Origin: Lepidodermella squamata
Lineage: Eukaryota > Animalia > Gastrotricha
Direction of reading: 5' to 3'
Length of the DNA stretch: 64,000 nucleotides
NCBI GenBank assembly: GCA_047495785.1
Contig: JBLDXI010000074.1
Span: 62,001 to 126,000, forward strand
The position numbers were made by a program, and so were the translations under genes. Positions 13,167 to 23,468 of this stretch are shown one piece after another (the first letter of the stretch is position 1; each line of letters opens with the position of its first letter). The notes beneath the pieces are model-generated. The model was not told the origin of the DNA and ran no database searches. It saw only the letters and a program-made list of their open reading frames with translations.

Positions 13167-13681
13167 ATGAACAAGCATTTGGTTGCAATGCTGTTTGTAG
13201 TAAGTTTAATTCGGTGATAGGCTCAAGATCTGATAAAAGAACTATGTAATTTTCTCAGGCGGCAGTAGCTGTGTGGTCAACGAGTGCTAATCCAACTGGC
13301 TCAGCTCGTCTTTCCATCGAGGAACCCTCAGCCCGTTTCTCCATGGGGGAACCCGCAGCTCGTCTCTCCATCGAGGAGCCATCTGCCCGTTTCTCCATGG
13401 GGGAACCCGTAGCTCGTCTCTCCATCGAGGAACCTTCAGCCCGTTTCTCCATGGGGGAACCCGCAGCTCGTCTTTCCATCGAGGAACCCTCAGCCCGTTT
13501 CTCCATGGGGGAACCCGCAGCTCGTCTCTCCATCGAGGAACCTTCAGCCCGTTTCTCCATGGGGGAACCCGCAGCTCGTCTTTCCATCGAGGAACCCTCA
13601 GCCCGTTTCTCCATGGGGGAACCCGCAGCTCGTCTTTCCATCGAGGAACCTTCAGCCCGTTTCTCGATGGGGGAACCTTGA
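13167..13681 (+). CDS. Secreted tandem-repeat peptide precursor, copy A (151 aa)
   Basis: Exon 1 13167-13199, 59-nt GT-AG intron, exon 2 13259-13681. Translation: MNKHLVAMLFVAAVAVWSTSA-NPTGSAR, then 7x LSIEEP alternating with 7x FSMGEP joined by SAR/AAR/VAR. Signal peptide, TATA and AATAAA all present. Confidence 0.85.
13298..13678 (+). repeat. Coding minisatellite: 27-bp units in a 54-bp higher-order repeat, ~7 copies
   Basis: Alternating CGTCTYTCCATCGAGGAACCYTCAGCC and CGTTTCTCCATGGGGGAACCCGCAGCT units. Confidence 0.95.
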
Positions 13682-14279
13682 GGACCGCCTGAAGACCGCC
13701 AATAGAGGACGAGCTTTAAGAAAGCGTGAGAGCAATGGTTGCGTGAAATAATGAGTCCAACATATATATATATATATATCAACTTCGCTGCGAAGAAACC
13801 AGTGTGGGGTTTTAGCGTCAGCCATTTGCTAAATTCGTGGATTGTATAATGTTTGATGATGTTGGTTCCGATCCGACTGAATTGTATTTTAATAAAGTTT
13901 GTGGTGGGTATCTTGCAAAGTGAACTTCAATTTCCCTCGTTCAAGTTTTCAGCGAAATTTTCAAAGATTGTAACGATGTGCCGGGTGGCGGCTGGCATCT
14001 ACGCAATGACTAAGAACAATATTGTGATTCTCATGTGATATCTAATTATGAAGTAATCGCGTGTTCGACTTGGATTTGAATCGCTAAATATTTAAGGCCT
14101 TGAAATCCAACGATCAATGTTCGATTCATTCACAATAAAGTATAGAGTAGTGCCTGGCCAAGTCTTGATGTTTCCCTGACAAAGATCGTCGAAAAAGTGT
14201 GGAACTTATTCAATCAAGAAGTTATTCATGACTCAAAATCAAGAAATATCGCATATTTATCACTAATTTTATCACTATT

Positions 14280-14700
14280 TATCACGTCGGCAAATGTCAC
14301 TCCGAGATATTTGATTGTCTCCGTAGGATGCAGAACAGGAATTGATTGATCTTCGTCTATTATTAAGAGATCCGTCGACAATTCGCCATTTTCAACAACA
14401 ATGGCTTTGCATTTGCGAACATTATAACGTCAAGACCTATTTCAGAAAACAGATTGATTGCCATTCTGACTAGACTGCACGCGATTCGCGGCTATTAGCA
14501 ATCAGAGTAATATCATCGGCAAAGCTGAGAACTGGCACGGAGTCCATGATGTCCTCTCCAATTCGAAATTCTTAAATATCACCGATGTTCTTGTCAGCAA
14601 ATTCCCTAATGACAGAATCGATGCACAAGTTGCATACGAATGGGGATATCGGCGATTCTTGCATGACACCGCGATTGAAGCAGATCGATTTGGTCATATA
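14280..14700 (-). mobile_element. Degenerate non-LTR retrotransposon reverse-transcriptase fragment
   Basis: The minus strand translates to RGVMQESPISPFVCNLCID...VLSFADDITLIA...IKYLGVTF (QG-x-P-x-SP-like, FADD and YLG motifs) with stops and frameshifts. Confidence 0.85.
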
Positions 14701-15204
14701 GATCATGGTCGTAGTTGTAGTCGCTGTCGGTCTGGTTGTGGTGGTAGTAGTCGTGGTAGTAGTTGCCGTAGTAGTCGTCCTAGCTGCGAACAGGTTGTAC
14801 TGATGCTACTAGCAGGAGTGGTTGTAGATGATTTTGTAGTCGAAGTCACCACCAATGGTCGCGATGTCGTGGTGGTAGTGGTCGACGTAGTAGTTTCATT
14901 CGTCAAAACTGCCTCACAAACCGAAAATTGTTGAAGCATAGCCTGCCATCTATAACTTCCATCATCTCTCAGGACCAACACAGAACGCACTGATTCGTCT
15001 CAGGTGAAATGGGCTCTGAAACTGACCCTCTCTGACCTAAATTGATGCACCAAGCATTGTCATCAAGTTTTATTTTTACAAAGAAGACAATTCTTACATA
15101 TAAGGATTATATAAGGGGGAGTAACCGAAGCAATTTTCATTATTTCAAAAAAGCTTCTTTCGCATCCTATTCATTCAATTCTTCATCCGCTTCATTTCAG
15201 TAGA

Positions 15205-15389
15205 ATGAACAAGTTTTTGGTTGCAATTCTGCTATTAGTAAGTTTCGTTAGCTGATAGGATTCAGTTGTAACGCAAAATTGATTTGATCCTCTTAGGCAG
15301 CCGTAGCAAGGTGGACCTCAAGCGCAGAGTTCGCTACGGAGGTCTCAGAGGCCTCTGCCCGTCGCCTTGCAGCCTCAGGTGGATGGTAA
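15205..15389 (+). CDS. Secreted peptide precursor, copy B (41 aa, single cassette)
   Basis: Exon 1 15205-15237, 59-nt intron, exon 2 15297-15389. Translation: MNKFLVAILLLAAVARWTSSA-EFATEVSEASARR-LAASGGW*. TATA at ~15108 and AATAAA at 15594-15599; UTRs are homologous to copies A and C. Below the ORF-track length cutoff. Confidence 0.78.
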
Positions 15390-17322
15390 CAGCAATAGGC
15401 GAATAACAAGTGGGAGGATTTGCGCGAGAAATAACGAGGGACACAATATATATGTGCTGCTGAAATTTCGCTTTAAAGCTACCACTGTGGAATCATGATG
15501 TCAGCCGCTTGCAAATTGTAATTTCTTTGCTGAATTTATCATGTTTGATGGCGTGGGTAAACTTCAATTAGTAACTATGTAGCTTCAAGTATCAATAAAC
15601 ATTTGCGGTGTGCATTTTCAGAAATAATACCTTCAAATTTCTGCTTTTCTTTTCCGGCTAGGTTTCGTCAACTCCAAATGGGAGTCCAACGAAAACAATT
15701 GTTGTCAATCGTTGGGTGACACTTCGACATAATTATCAGATTTTTTACAATTTCCTGATTAATGATTGCTGATTTTTCCGATATGTCGATAATGAGTATA
15801 GACTAAATTGAGAGTGACGATTAGACTGCAGAATGACTGCAGAATATTACATTTTATGATAGAGAACCTTCTATCCGTTCCAGAGGGAATTCACTAATGG
15901 TCTTGGAAGTTCACTATAATTGACAGAGGCGAACGATCACAGACGAAAAATTCAAGCATTACGGAAAAAATAATGAGAAATTAGGTTAAAGAGCCGGTTG
16001 ATATTAATGAAACCACTCGAGACTCGATATGACAAATAATACTGCAGAAGTTGAATGAGCAGACTGAAAAATGAGAGCACAATGTGGGTCATATTTTATG
16101 ACTGTCATTTTCGTGTGAGTGCAAATCAAAGCAATATCAGGCCATTTTTATAGGCCATGCGCAACTTGAATTTTTTATCAACTAATTTTTGTTTATTTTT
16201 ACGTCATCACCTATTTCTCATCGCACATTCTTCTTTAAATATTTCATTGATTTAGCTTGTGTATAGAAAATCGAAGTTTTGTTTTGGATTTCACAACCCT
16301 GCACAAAGATCTGACATTATGGCCAACACACATAATACATACGAGTCTGGGCGGAAATAATTTACACAGGTGTACAAAACGATTTCCTACGGCGGTGTCC
16401 CTTCTGATCGAAAAAAAACCCGCGCCAACAAAAAGTTGACTAATAATTTCGCGTACGTTGAAGAAAAACAAGTAGAAACTCTCTGTTTTATATATTTCAA
16501 ATTTTTCGAGCGCAATTACGCTAAAAGCAGCTGCCACCTTCTACCTAGCCGAATATAAATAACCTTGTAATTTCGATGATCGAATTTCGAGGCATCTCTA
16601 AAATCGAATGTAATTTCGAAAGCAAATTTTCTCATCGATTTTTATATATAACTTGCAGGAGTTATTTCTTCTCAGACTTAAGGGCAATTTTTTCGTCGTA
16701 GGTGCCGAAACTTGAAGTGGTTATACAAGTGATTGCGATTTATTATAATTTTTTCGCTTATATTTTCTGACGGAATATGTTTTTCGAATTTATAGCAGCA
16801 AAATTGCATTTATAGCTATATCATTAGATCACCCGGCAATAAACAGCGGTATAAACTTCCTAAAAATAGCATAAAAAGCGGCGACCTTCAATAAAACAGA
16901 CGACCCAATTTGCGATGCCGAGATTGCCGGCTATTGATATTACTATAAAAACATTTGATAGATAGATGTCAGCCTTTCGCCCGGCCTAATTTGATTTGAG
17001 AGTATAGTATCGTAAAAATATTATCAAAAATCATCGGCTTGTTAAAAATTCGAAAAATCGAGTTGTGCTCGCATGCCGCCATTTTATATTCGATCTTTTT
17101 TCATCGTAGAAATTTGTCTTATGCATATCAATTTTTTAATCGAATGAGACATGGCGACGATATAATTTTATTATAAAAAATCCTACGTGTACATCTCATG
17201 CCACCTGGAGTGTTTTCGGCTCAATAGCAGCATCATGTTTGATGTCATCGCCGGTACGTTTTTTTTCGCCTCGTAGTAGTGTTATTGCGCGGAAACAGAG
17301 CGGAATGGCGCCTCACGTATAA

Positions 17323-20300
17323 ATGTCCCTATTTCGCGCTCTAGATTCCGTGCTGCCATCGCTGATTGTCGCCGCGTCTCGCGCCAATAATTTGACCGTT
17401 CGCTCGGCTGCTGGCACGCTAGGCGTCGAACATGCCGAGACGCATACAGCCGGCTCGGATCCCGATCTCGAGGCCTCGGCGCAGGGCGTTGATTTGAAGT
17501 ATTTCCTACTCGTCATACCTTGCGTTTGGGCCATTTTCAGCAATATCGTTGTTATTATTACGATTTTTCGAACCGCGACGATTTTGAGATCGTTCGCCTA
17601 CGTCATGATCAGCCTTTCACTTGTCGACCTCTGCTCGTCGCTTTTCGTTATTCCTTTCTCAATTTATTTTTTCGTAAGTTGAATTTTTTTTCATTTTTTG
17701 AAAAATTGAATTTCTATATATTTTTGAAATTTTAAAATTGTGTGTGATCTAATAACGCACATTTTTCAATAATTTAATTTTTTTAATTCAAAAATCATTG
17801 GAATGTGGGTCAGCTATTATAGGTATATGAAATTTTAAATTAACTCTTAATCTCTGAAACTCGAGATTATGCGTATAACATTCGTTTTTCTATTCTCGAT
17901 TTAGGCAAATCATATGCATTGGAAGCTTGGATACTCGTTATGTGTTCTATGGACAGCTGCCGATGTCATGTTTTGTACTGCCAGCATTTGCCACCACTGC
18001 GCTATTGCTCTTCATCGCTACCTTATGATTTCGAGCCCTCACGATTTTTCCGTCACAAATAACAATAAGGTAAAAAAAATTACAGCGCTGTTTAACACCG
18101 GAATTTCTAATTTTCAAAAAAAATCAGCATCAATCTTTCATTTTTAGAAATTTACTGATTTTTATCACTGCGCTATCTAGTTTGGGGTTATTTTAGAAGC
18201 CGTCCTTATAGTAAAGTCGATTCCATCGATAAGGCTGGTTTTATCTGGCAAAACAACCAGGCGTGTTTTTGAGGTCACACAAAGAAAGGTCGGCCGTTGA
18301 AGTCGACTTTAAAGTCGAGGAGGGTTACCGAATTTAGGGAAATAACTCCATGTTCGAAAATCATGCTGGTCGATTTTATTTCCAGACGATTAAATCCATG
18401 AAGACGGCTTCGAAAAATAACCCCCAATCAATTTGAGACAATTTTCAGTTTAATTAACGACTTTTTTCAGATAATTTACCGGTTGATAGTGCCGGCTTGG
18501 TGCGTCAGTGCTTTCATCGCCTTGATCCTGGTGATCCGCGCCTCGATCGACCGCGAAATGATCTACGACGCCGAGCTGGAAGAGTGCGGCATCAACGACC
18601 GCAACTACGCCATTTACTCGTCGATCGTGTCATTTTTCATACCCCTAACCATCATTGTTGTAGTTTCACTGCGCTCAATCGTTATACTACAACAAAGAAT
18701 TGAAACTAAGCGGAAAACCCACTACGGCTCGAACAGGTCACCGGCTACTACGACGACGAATGTCTCGAACAACGACATGGCCCGAACCCCGTCGTCGGAC
18801 GACGCCCCGAAATTTCGGGTTACAAAACGAAGCGGGTTTTATCGATTCTTCTGGCGCGAGACCAGACACCAGCGCCGGTCGGACGACGACCTTGACAAAT
18901 CGGTAACCGGGCAGAATCGCATAATTTTCGCGTCCAAGCCGAGAAATCTGCTGAGAGCCGGGTCGAAAAAATCGTCACGTGACCACATTACTGATGCAAA
19001 GCCTGGCAACACGTTGTTTCGAGCCCTGGAGACATTTACAACGAAAACGCTGGCGGTGCACACGCCGAATTCTGAGGAGGCACCGGTTAGCATAACCGGG
19101 GGTCTGTTTGGCCTGGGGCCGAGGTCGAAAAGCCGGCGGCACAACAGCAGCTGTGCGTTATTGTCGGTGGGCAGGCGAATTTCCGAAACGCCGTCGCCGG
19201 TTAGCGCGGATGAAAAGTCGGGCTTGACCATGCTGATTCCGACGTCGAAAACGACGGAAATGTCGCAGATTCCTCAAGAATCTGACAGCCGATCTGGGTC
19301 AAAGAAAAAAGGGTAAATATTTCGAATTCGGCCAGTTGTGTTTTTTTAAAGTGCCAGACTTCCATCTTAATTTCTAGTTCATTTTTATTGGGGAAAATAC
19401 TTTGTTTCGGGAAAGACTAGCTACACCAAATAGCTCATAACCACACTGGAATGGAAAAATTCAGACCGATATATAATTGTTTAGGAATTTTTAAAAATTG
19501 CTGAAATCATCATTCATACTTTTCCATTTCGAAAATTAATTGGGAAAGGTACTTGGAAAATTTGACGTAAAATATTGCATTATTCTGAACTACTATCTAG
19601 GGTCAATGAAAATTTGAAACTTGAAATTTTCCAAGTATATTCAAAACAATTTTCGATCACCCAGAAGTATAGGTAAAAATTGTACATAAATCGGGAATCA
19701 AATTTTACACATTTTGTCTCAAATTTCATAAATTAATTAATTAAGACCGATTTTAATTTGCTCTTCTACAAATAGTTTTGCTACTTTGCGCATTTTTGTT
19801 TTAGCTCTTTGTAGCTATTTAAGATCTTATTGAGCTAAAAATAGCTAAAAATAGAGTATTAAAATACGAACGCTCTGTTTCATATTTTATGCCCTGCCCC
19901 TAGAAAGTTGAAAATTTAAATTGAGAAGTAAATTTCCTCAGAACTAAGAATTAGGGTAAAGAAATTGATATCTTCGATTTTGCAATTAATAAATTTTTTT
20001 CATTACTTTCACAGGAGCATAATAAAAAGTCGGAACAGGTCTATCGCGGCTGTTGAGCATGTGATACGGCGAACAAAACGGGCCATGAGCAACGCCCATC
20101 AACTAACAATCCCTCCAATGATGGAAAACGTGTCAACATCAGACTTTGACGTGCTCGAAGTCGTCGACTGTGAAGAGTCAATGTCACGCGTTACCGAAGA
20201 AATTGTCGACGAGTTGTCGCTGTCACGCTTCAACAGTTCGGTGGCGAGAAGCCGTGAGCTCGATACGTGGTCGAGCGATTTCGCCGACTACGCCAACCCG

Positions 20301-22643
20301 CCACCGCCTCGGTTCAGCTACGACACTATGATTTCGGTGACTAGTTCAGCGAAACATCAGCCGAGAGCGAGCCTGCAATATGCGACAAATTCACTGAAGC
20401 GGGACGAAACGCTCGAGTTGTCACTCGTCTCATTGCCATATGCTGATGTTGAAACAGCTTCAATTGAATTAGGTAAATATTTTAAAACATTTTTAAAAAT
20501 TCAGAATTTTGAATTTTGAATTTCAAAATTCAAGTTTTTATTTCAAGATTTTTCAAGAAAAATTCAAATTTTTTAAAATTGAAATTGAAATTTATGAATT
20601 GAAAAAAATGAGAATTTTTCCTTAATTTGTTTTCCGTTAACGTTGATATAGGGCGCTATCCGATCCAACAGCAACCTCTGAGCATTACCGAAATCGCACC
20701 CATTACTTATTCTACAGCAATTTCATCCCATTCCATCTGCATCTACCCACCACCGGTTCCGCCCAGCCCATCTCGAGCTGCGGCCAACCGATCCAACCGA
20801 CCCAGGGCGCCTATTGCGACCATGAAAAGCCTCGAGTACTTCGACACGTCTTCCGGTGGCGCGACGTCGTCTTCCCCGCGACCTAGCGTGAGAGGGTCGC
20901 GCAAAGGCGTTAACGGCCAGGTGCTGCTGGCGAAAAAACCGCGCCGACCTCGATTAGCTAATCAGTCATCATCGACAAGTGCTAGCGAATCGCCGCGGCG
21001 GTCGTTGCCTATCGAAAATCGCCAGTCTGTAACAGTCTCAATCGACCCGGTTGCTACGGCATCAGAACTAGTTTACGGGTAATTAATTTCGGGAGAAAAA
21101 TTATTACGCAATTCACTAGTTCCATGCCGCAAAGATCAATTTAGCGCGAATTTAGCCAAAATAGTCATTGAAAAACTAAAGTCAAAGCGACAGCGAAATT
21201 CAAAACTGCACTGGAAAAAGACAAATGCGCTTTAACATATGACACCGTTTTTTCCACTTTTTCAATCCTATTATTTAAATTTGAAAATATTGTAATATAA
21301 TTGTTCTTGAATCCTCTTTTGTAGAGATCCTTCTCAGGAAGCGAGCGATCAGCCGATAAGAACGCGCCGTTTCTCTGATACGTTCAACTGCGAGCGGTAC
21401 GTACCCATCGGCGGGCCGATGGTGCCGCAAAAACTCATCGATATGGTTCGAGAGAGGGACTACCAGCGCCAGGTTGCGCTCATAAAACGCGGCCGCGTCG
21501 CCCCGGTGCGCAGCAGCGCGCGCACGACCCTCGCGCGGCAAGCGACGGCGCGCATTCTGAGCCTGAAGCGCGCCCTCACGCGCCAGCCGGCCAGCGATAA
21601 AGACACGGCGATTCAAACGCTGGCGAGGCGCATCAAGAAAGAACGCCAGGCCGGCCAGGCGCTGCTCGTTGTCCTGCTGTGTTTCGTGTTCATGTGGGCG
21701 CCGTTTTTTATTATCAACATGGCGTACGGAATCTGCGATCAATGCGTTAACAAGCACCTGTTTGTTGTCTTCACGTGGATCGCGTGGTCGTCTTGCGGGG
21801 TCAATCCTATCGTTTATACACTGTAAGCTTTTACTACCTATGATTTGAATCAAGGAAAGGGTTAATATTGAAGTAAACATTGAATAATCACTATAATTGA
21901 GGCTTTGGAACGAAATATATATGATTTTTTGTTATTTTGGTGAGATGGTTTTGGTCCCAACAAACTAAAACCGTGGTATTCTTTAAGCCAGAAGTTGATA
22001 GCTGGAACCCTGAACTTTCGGAAAGTTTTAGGTAGTGATCTAACTTCGATCGAGTCGAGAGTTTCTGTTAAATTCCGAAAATTACCGAACCAGTCAGGAG
22101 CCAGTTACCAGCCGGGTTTTCCGGGTTTTCTCAGGTTAATTTTTCCTCTTTCTTCGGTTAAATCGCGGATAAAAGATGCAATATTTCTCGGTAGGTTTAA
22201 TTTAAATAATTCGTTGAATTTTCTACAAAAAGTTGCAAGTTAAAAAATAATTGCGCAACTTCTGGGGCAATCTGTACCATTTGATCCCACCTGGTCCACT
22301 CCGTCCGAAATGTCCGAAATGTCCCCAAATCCTAAATTTTCGGAGTTTGTCCATTATTACCGCGCAATTGCTTGAGAGTCCAAGGCGGTTCTGACGATGA
22401 GGATTAGTCCGAAGTCTCACCATCAAAAAGGCGAAAATATAGCTGGATTATGTCTCGCATATTTGTCAAATTGATTTCCTAATAATTTTGAGATTTTTCA
22501 AATAATTTTACAGATGCAGCCGACAATTTCGACAAGGTTTATTCCGCAACCTCAGCGACGCTTTCGGCCGGGTCTCGGCTTTCGGCCGCGAAAGTTCTGC
22601 TATCGCCAGCATCCGCAGCTTGAAAAGCTTTAGATCACGTTAG
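17323..22643 (+). CDS. Biogenic-amine (5-HT2-like) rhodopsin-family GPCR, ~956 aa
   Basis: Exons 17323-17673, 17905-18069, 18471-19312, 20015-20472, 20652-21078, 21325-21822 and 22514-22643 (2871 nt, in phase). TM2 SLSLVDL; TM3 DVMFCTASICHHCAIALHRY with the amine-binding Asp; TM5 YSSIVSFFIP; TM6 FVFMWAPFF; TM7 NPIVY; helix 8 SRQFRQGL. Confidence 0.9.
18182..18427. mobile_element. Fold-back MITE in GPCR intron 2
   Basis: Terminal inverted repeats TTGGGGTTATTTTAGAAGCCGTC ... GACGGCTTCGAAAAATAACCCCCAA, with further internal complementarity; non-coding. Confidence 0.65.
22070..22274. mobile_element. Partial copy of the MITE at 51197-51573
   Basis: Shares CCGAAAATTACCGAACCAGT..., GGATAAAAGATG, TGAATTTTCTACAAAA and TTGCGCAACTTCTGGG..CTG, followed by TA. 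Confidence 0.7.
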
Positions 22644-23468
22644 CGCTATACTACGCCATTTTTTCACTGCCAAAAGAAACCGAATAAAAAATCATGATGT
22701 TTCATCGAAAACAACGCGTTTTATTGTTCCAAAATTATTCAATTCCTGTACTATTATTATTAGTATAATTATTGGTTATAATAATAGCGATATGGTACAA
22801 GATATCGGTAAAAATGTTTGCAATTTTTTTACAAGCTTCCGGTCAAAACAATCAATTTGGAACAACGATTTCTGAAAAATTGAATCTGGTGCGTGATTTT
22901 TCTGGAGGACGAGTATGAGAGCCACGGATTTGACGCCCCTCGAAATGATATTGCGAAGACACTATATAAAAGAGGCAGTATTTTTCCCGACTTATTTTCG
23001 AAGTCGAAAGCGATGAAATTATAGCTGGAAACAAAACAGCAACAACAACAACAGAAATCGCCCAGATTTTCGTCAAATTTTCGGATATAAATAAAGAAAA
23101 TTATATTATAATAAAACGATGAGATTTTTTGGCGCCACAAAATCGATACCACGAAGCTATATTATTATTACATGCTACGAAACGAGGTTAAACACTTGAG
23201 CAGCAGTTGTATAGCTTGTAAAAAGGAGATGAAGACTTGTAAATAAATAGCAAGTAGAAGAATATTCCCACAAAAGAAGAAGAAGAAGAGAACTCGTATC
23301 GACTTCGAACAAGGCCACGACGCGAAATTTATCAAACAATTTAATTTTTTTGATTTGGTATAAAAAACGAAAGAATGTTGCGCATGCATCAAATTTGTCG
23401 GGCGGGGAGAGACTTGAGATTTTTCCACGGCGATATTTTAGCCTGCGATAGTAGATAAAATGGGGCGC

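Larger units (their letters stand above)
12059..13970 (-). repeat. Inverted segmental duplication of ~57555-59335 (HYDIN intron with nested peptide gene plus exon start)
   Basis: Colinear inverted homology through the exon fragment, intron, peptide-gene promoter (GTTTATACAGATGCA..AAGTTGAATC), peptide gene and 3' flank (GAAACCAGTGTGGGGTTTT; CGTTCAAGTTT). The distal boundary is approximate. Confidence 0.85.

Noticed and set aside
13298-13678. Regularly spaced ~27-bp repeats suggestive of a CRISPR array
   Set aside because: There are no unique spacers, the period is a multiple of 3, and the context is a eukaryotic coding exon.
13255-13782. Minus-strand ORF with KR/RR-flanked repeats (AEGSSME, AAGSPME) resembling a classic dibasic neuropeptide precursor
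   Set aside because: It is the antisense shadow of copy A. Its start lies in a (TA)n microsatellite and is not conserved in the paralogues. The opposite strand has the conserved TATA, signal peptide, intron and poly(A) signal.
21275-21880. 201-aa minus-strand ORF
   Set aside because: It is antisense to the GC-rich TM6-TM7 exon of the GPCR.
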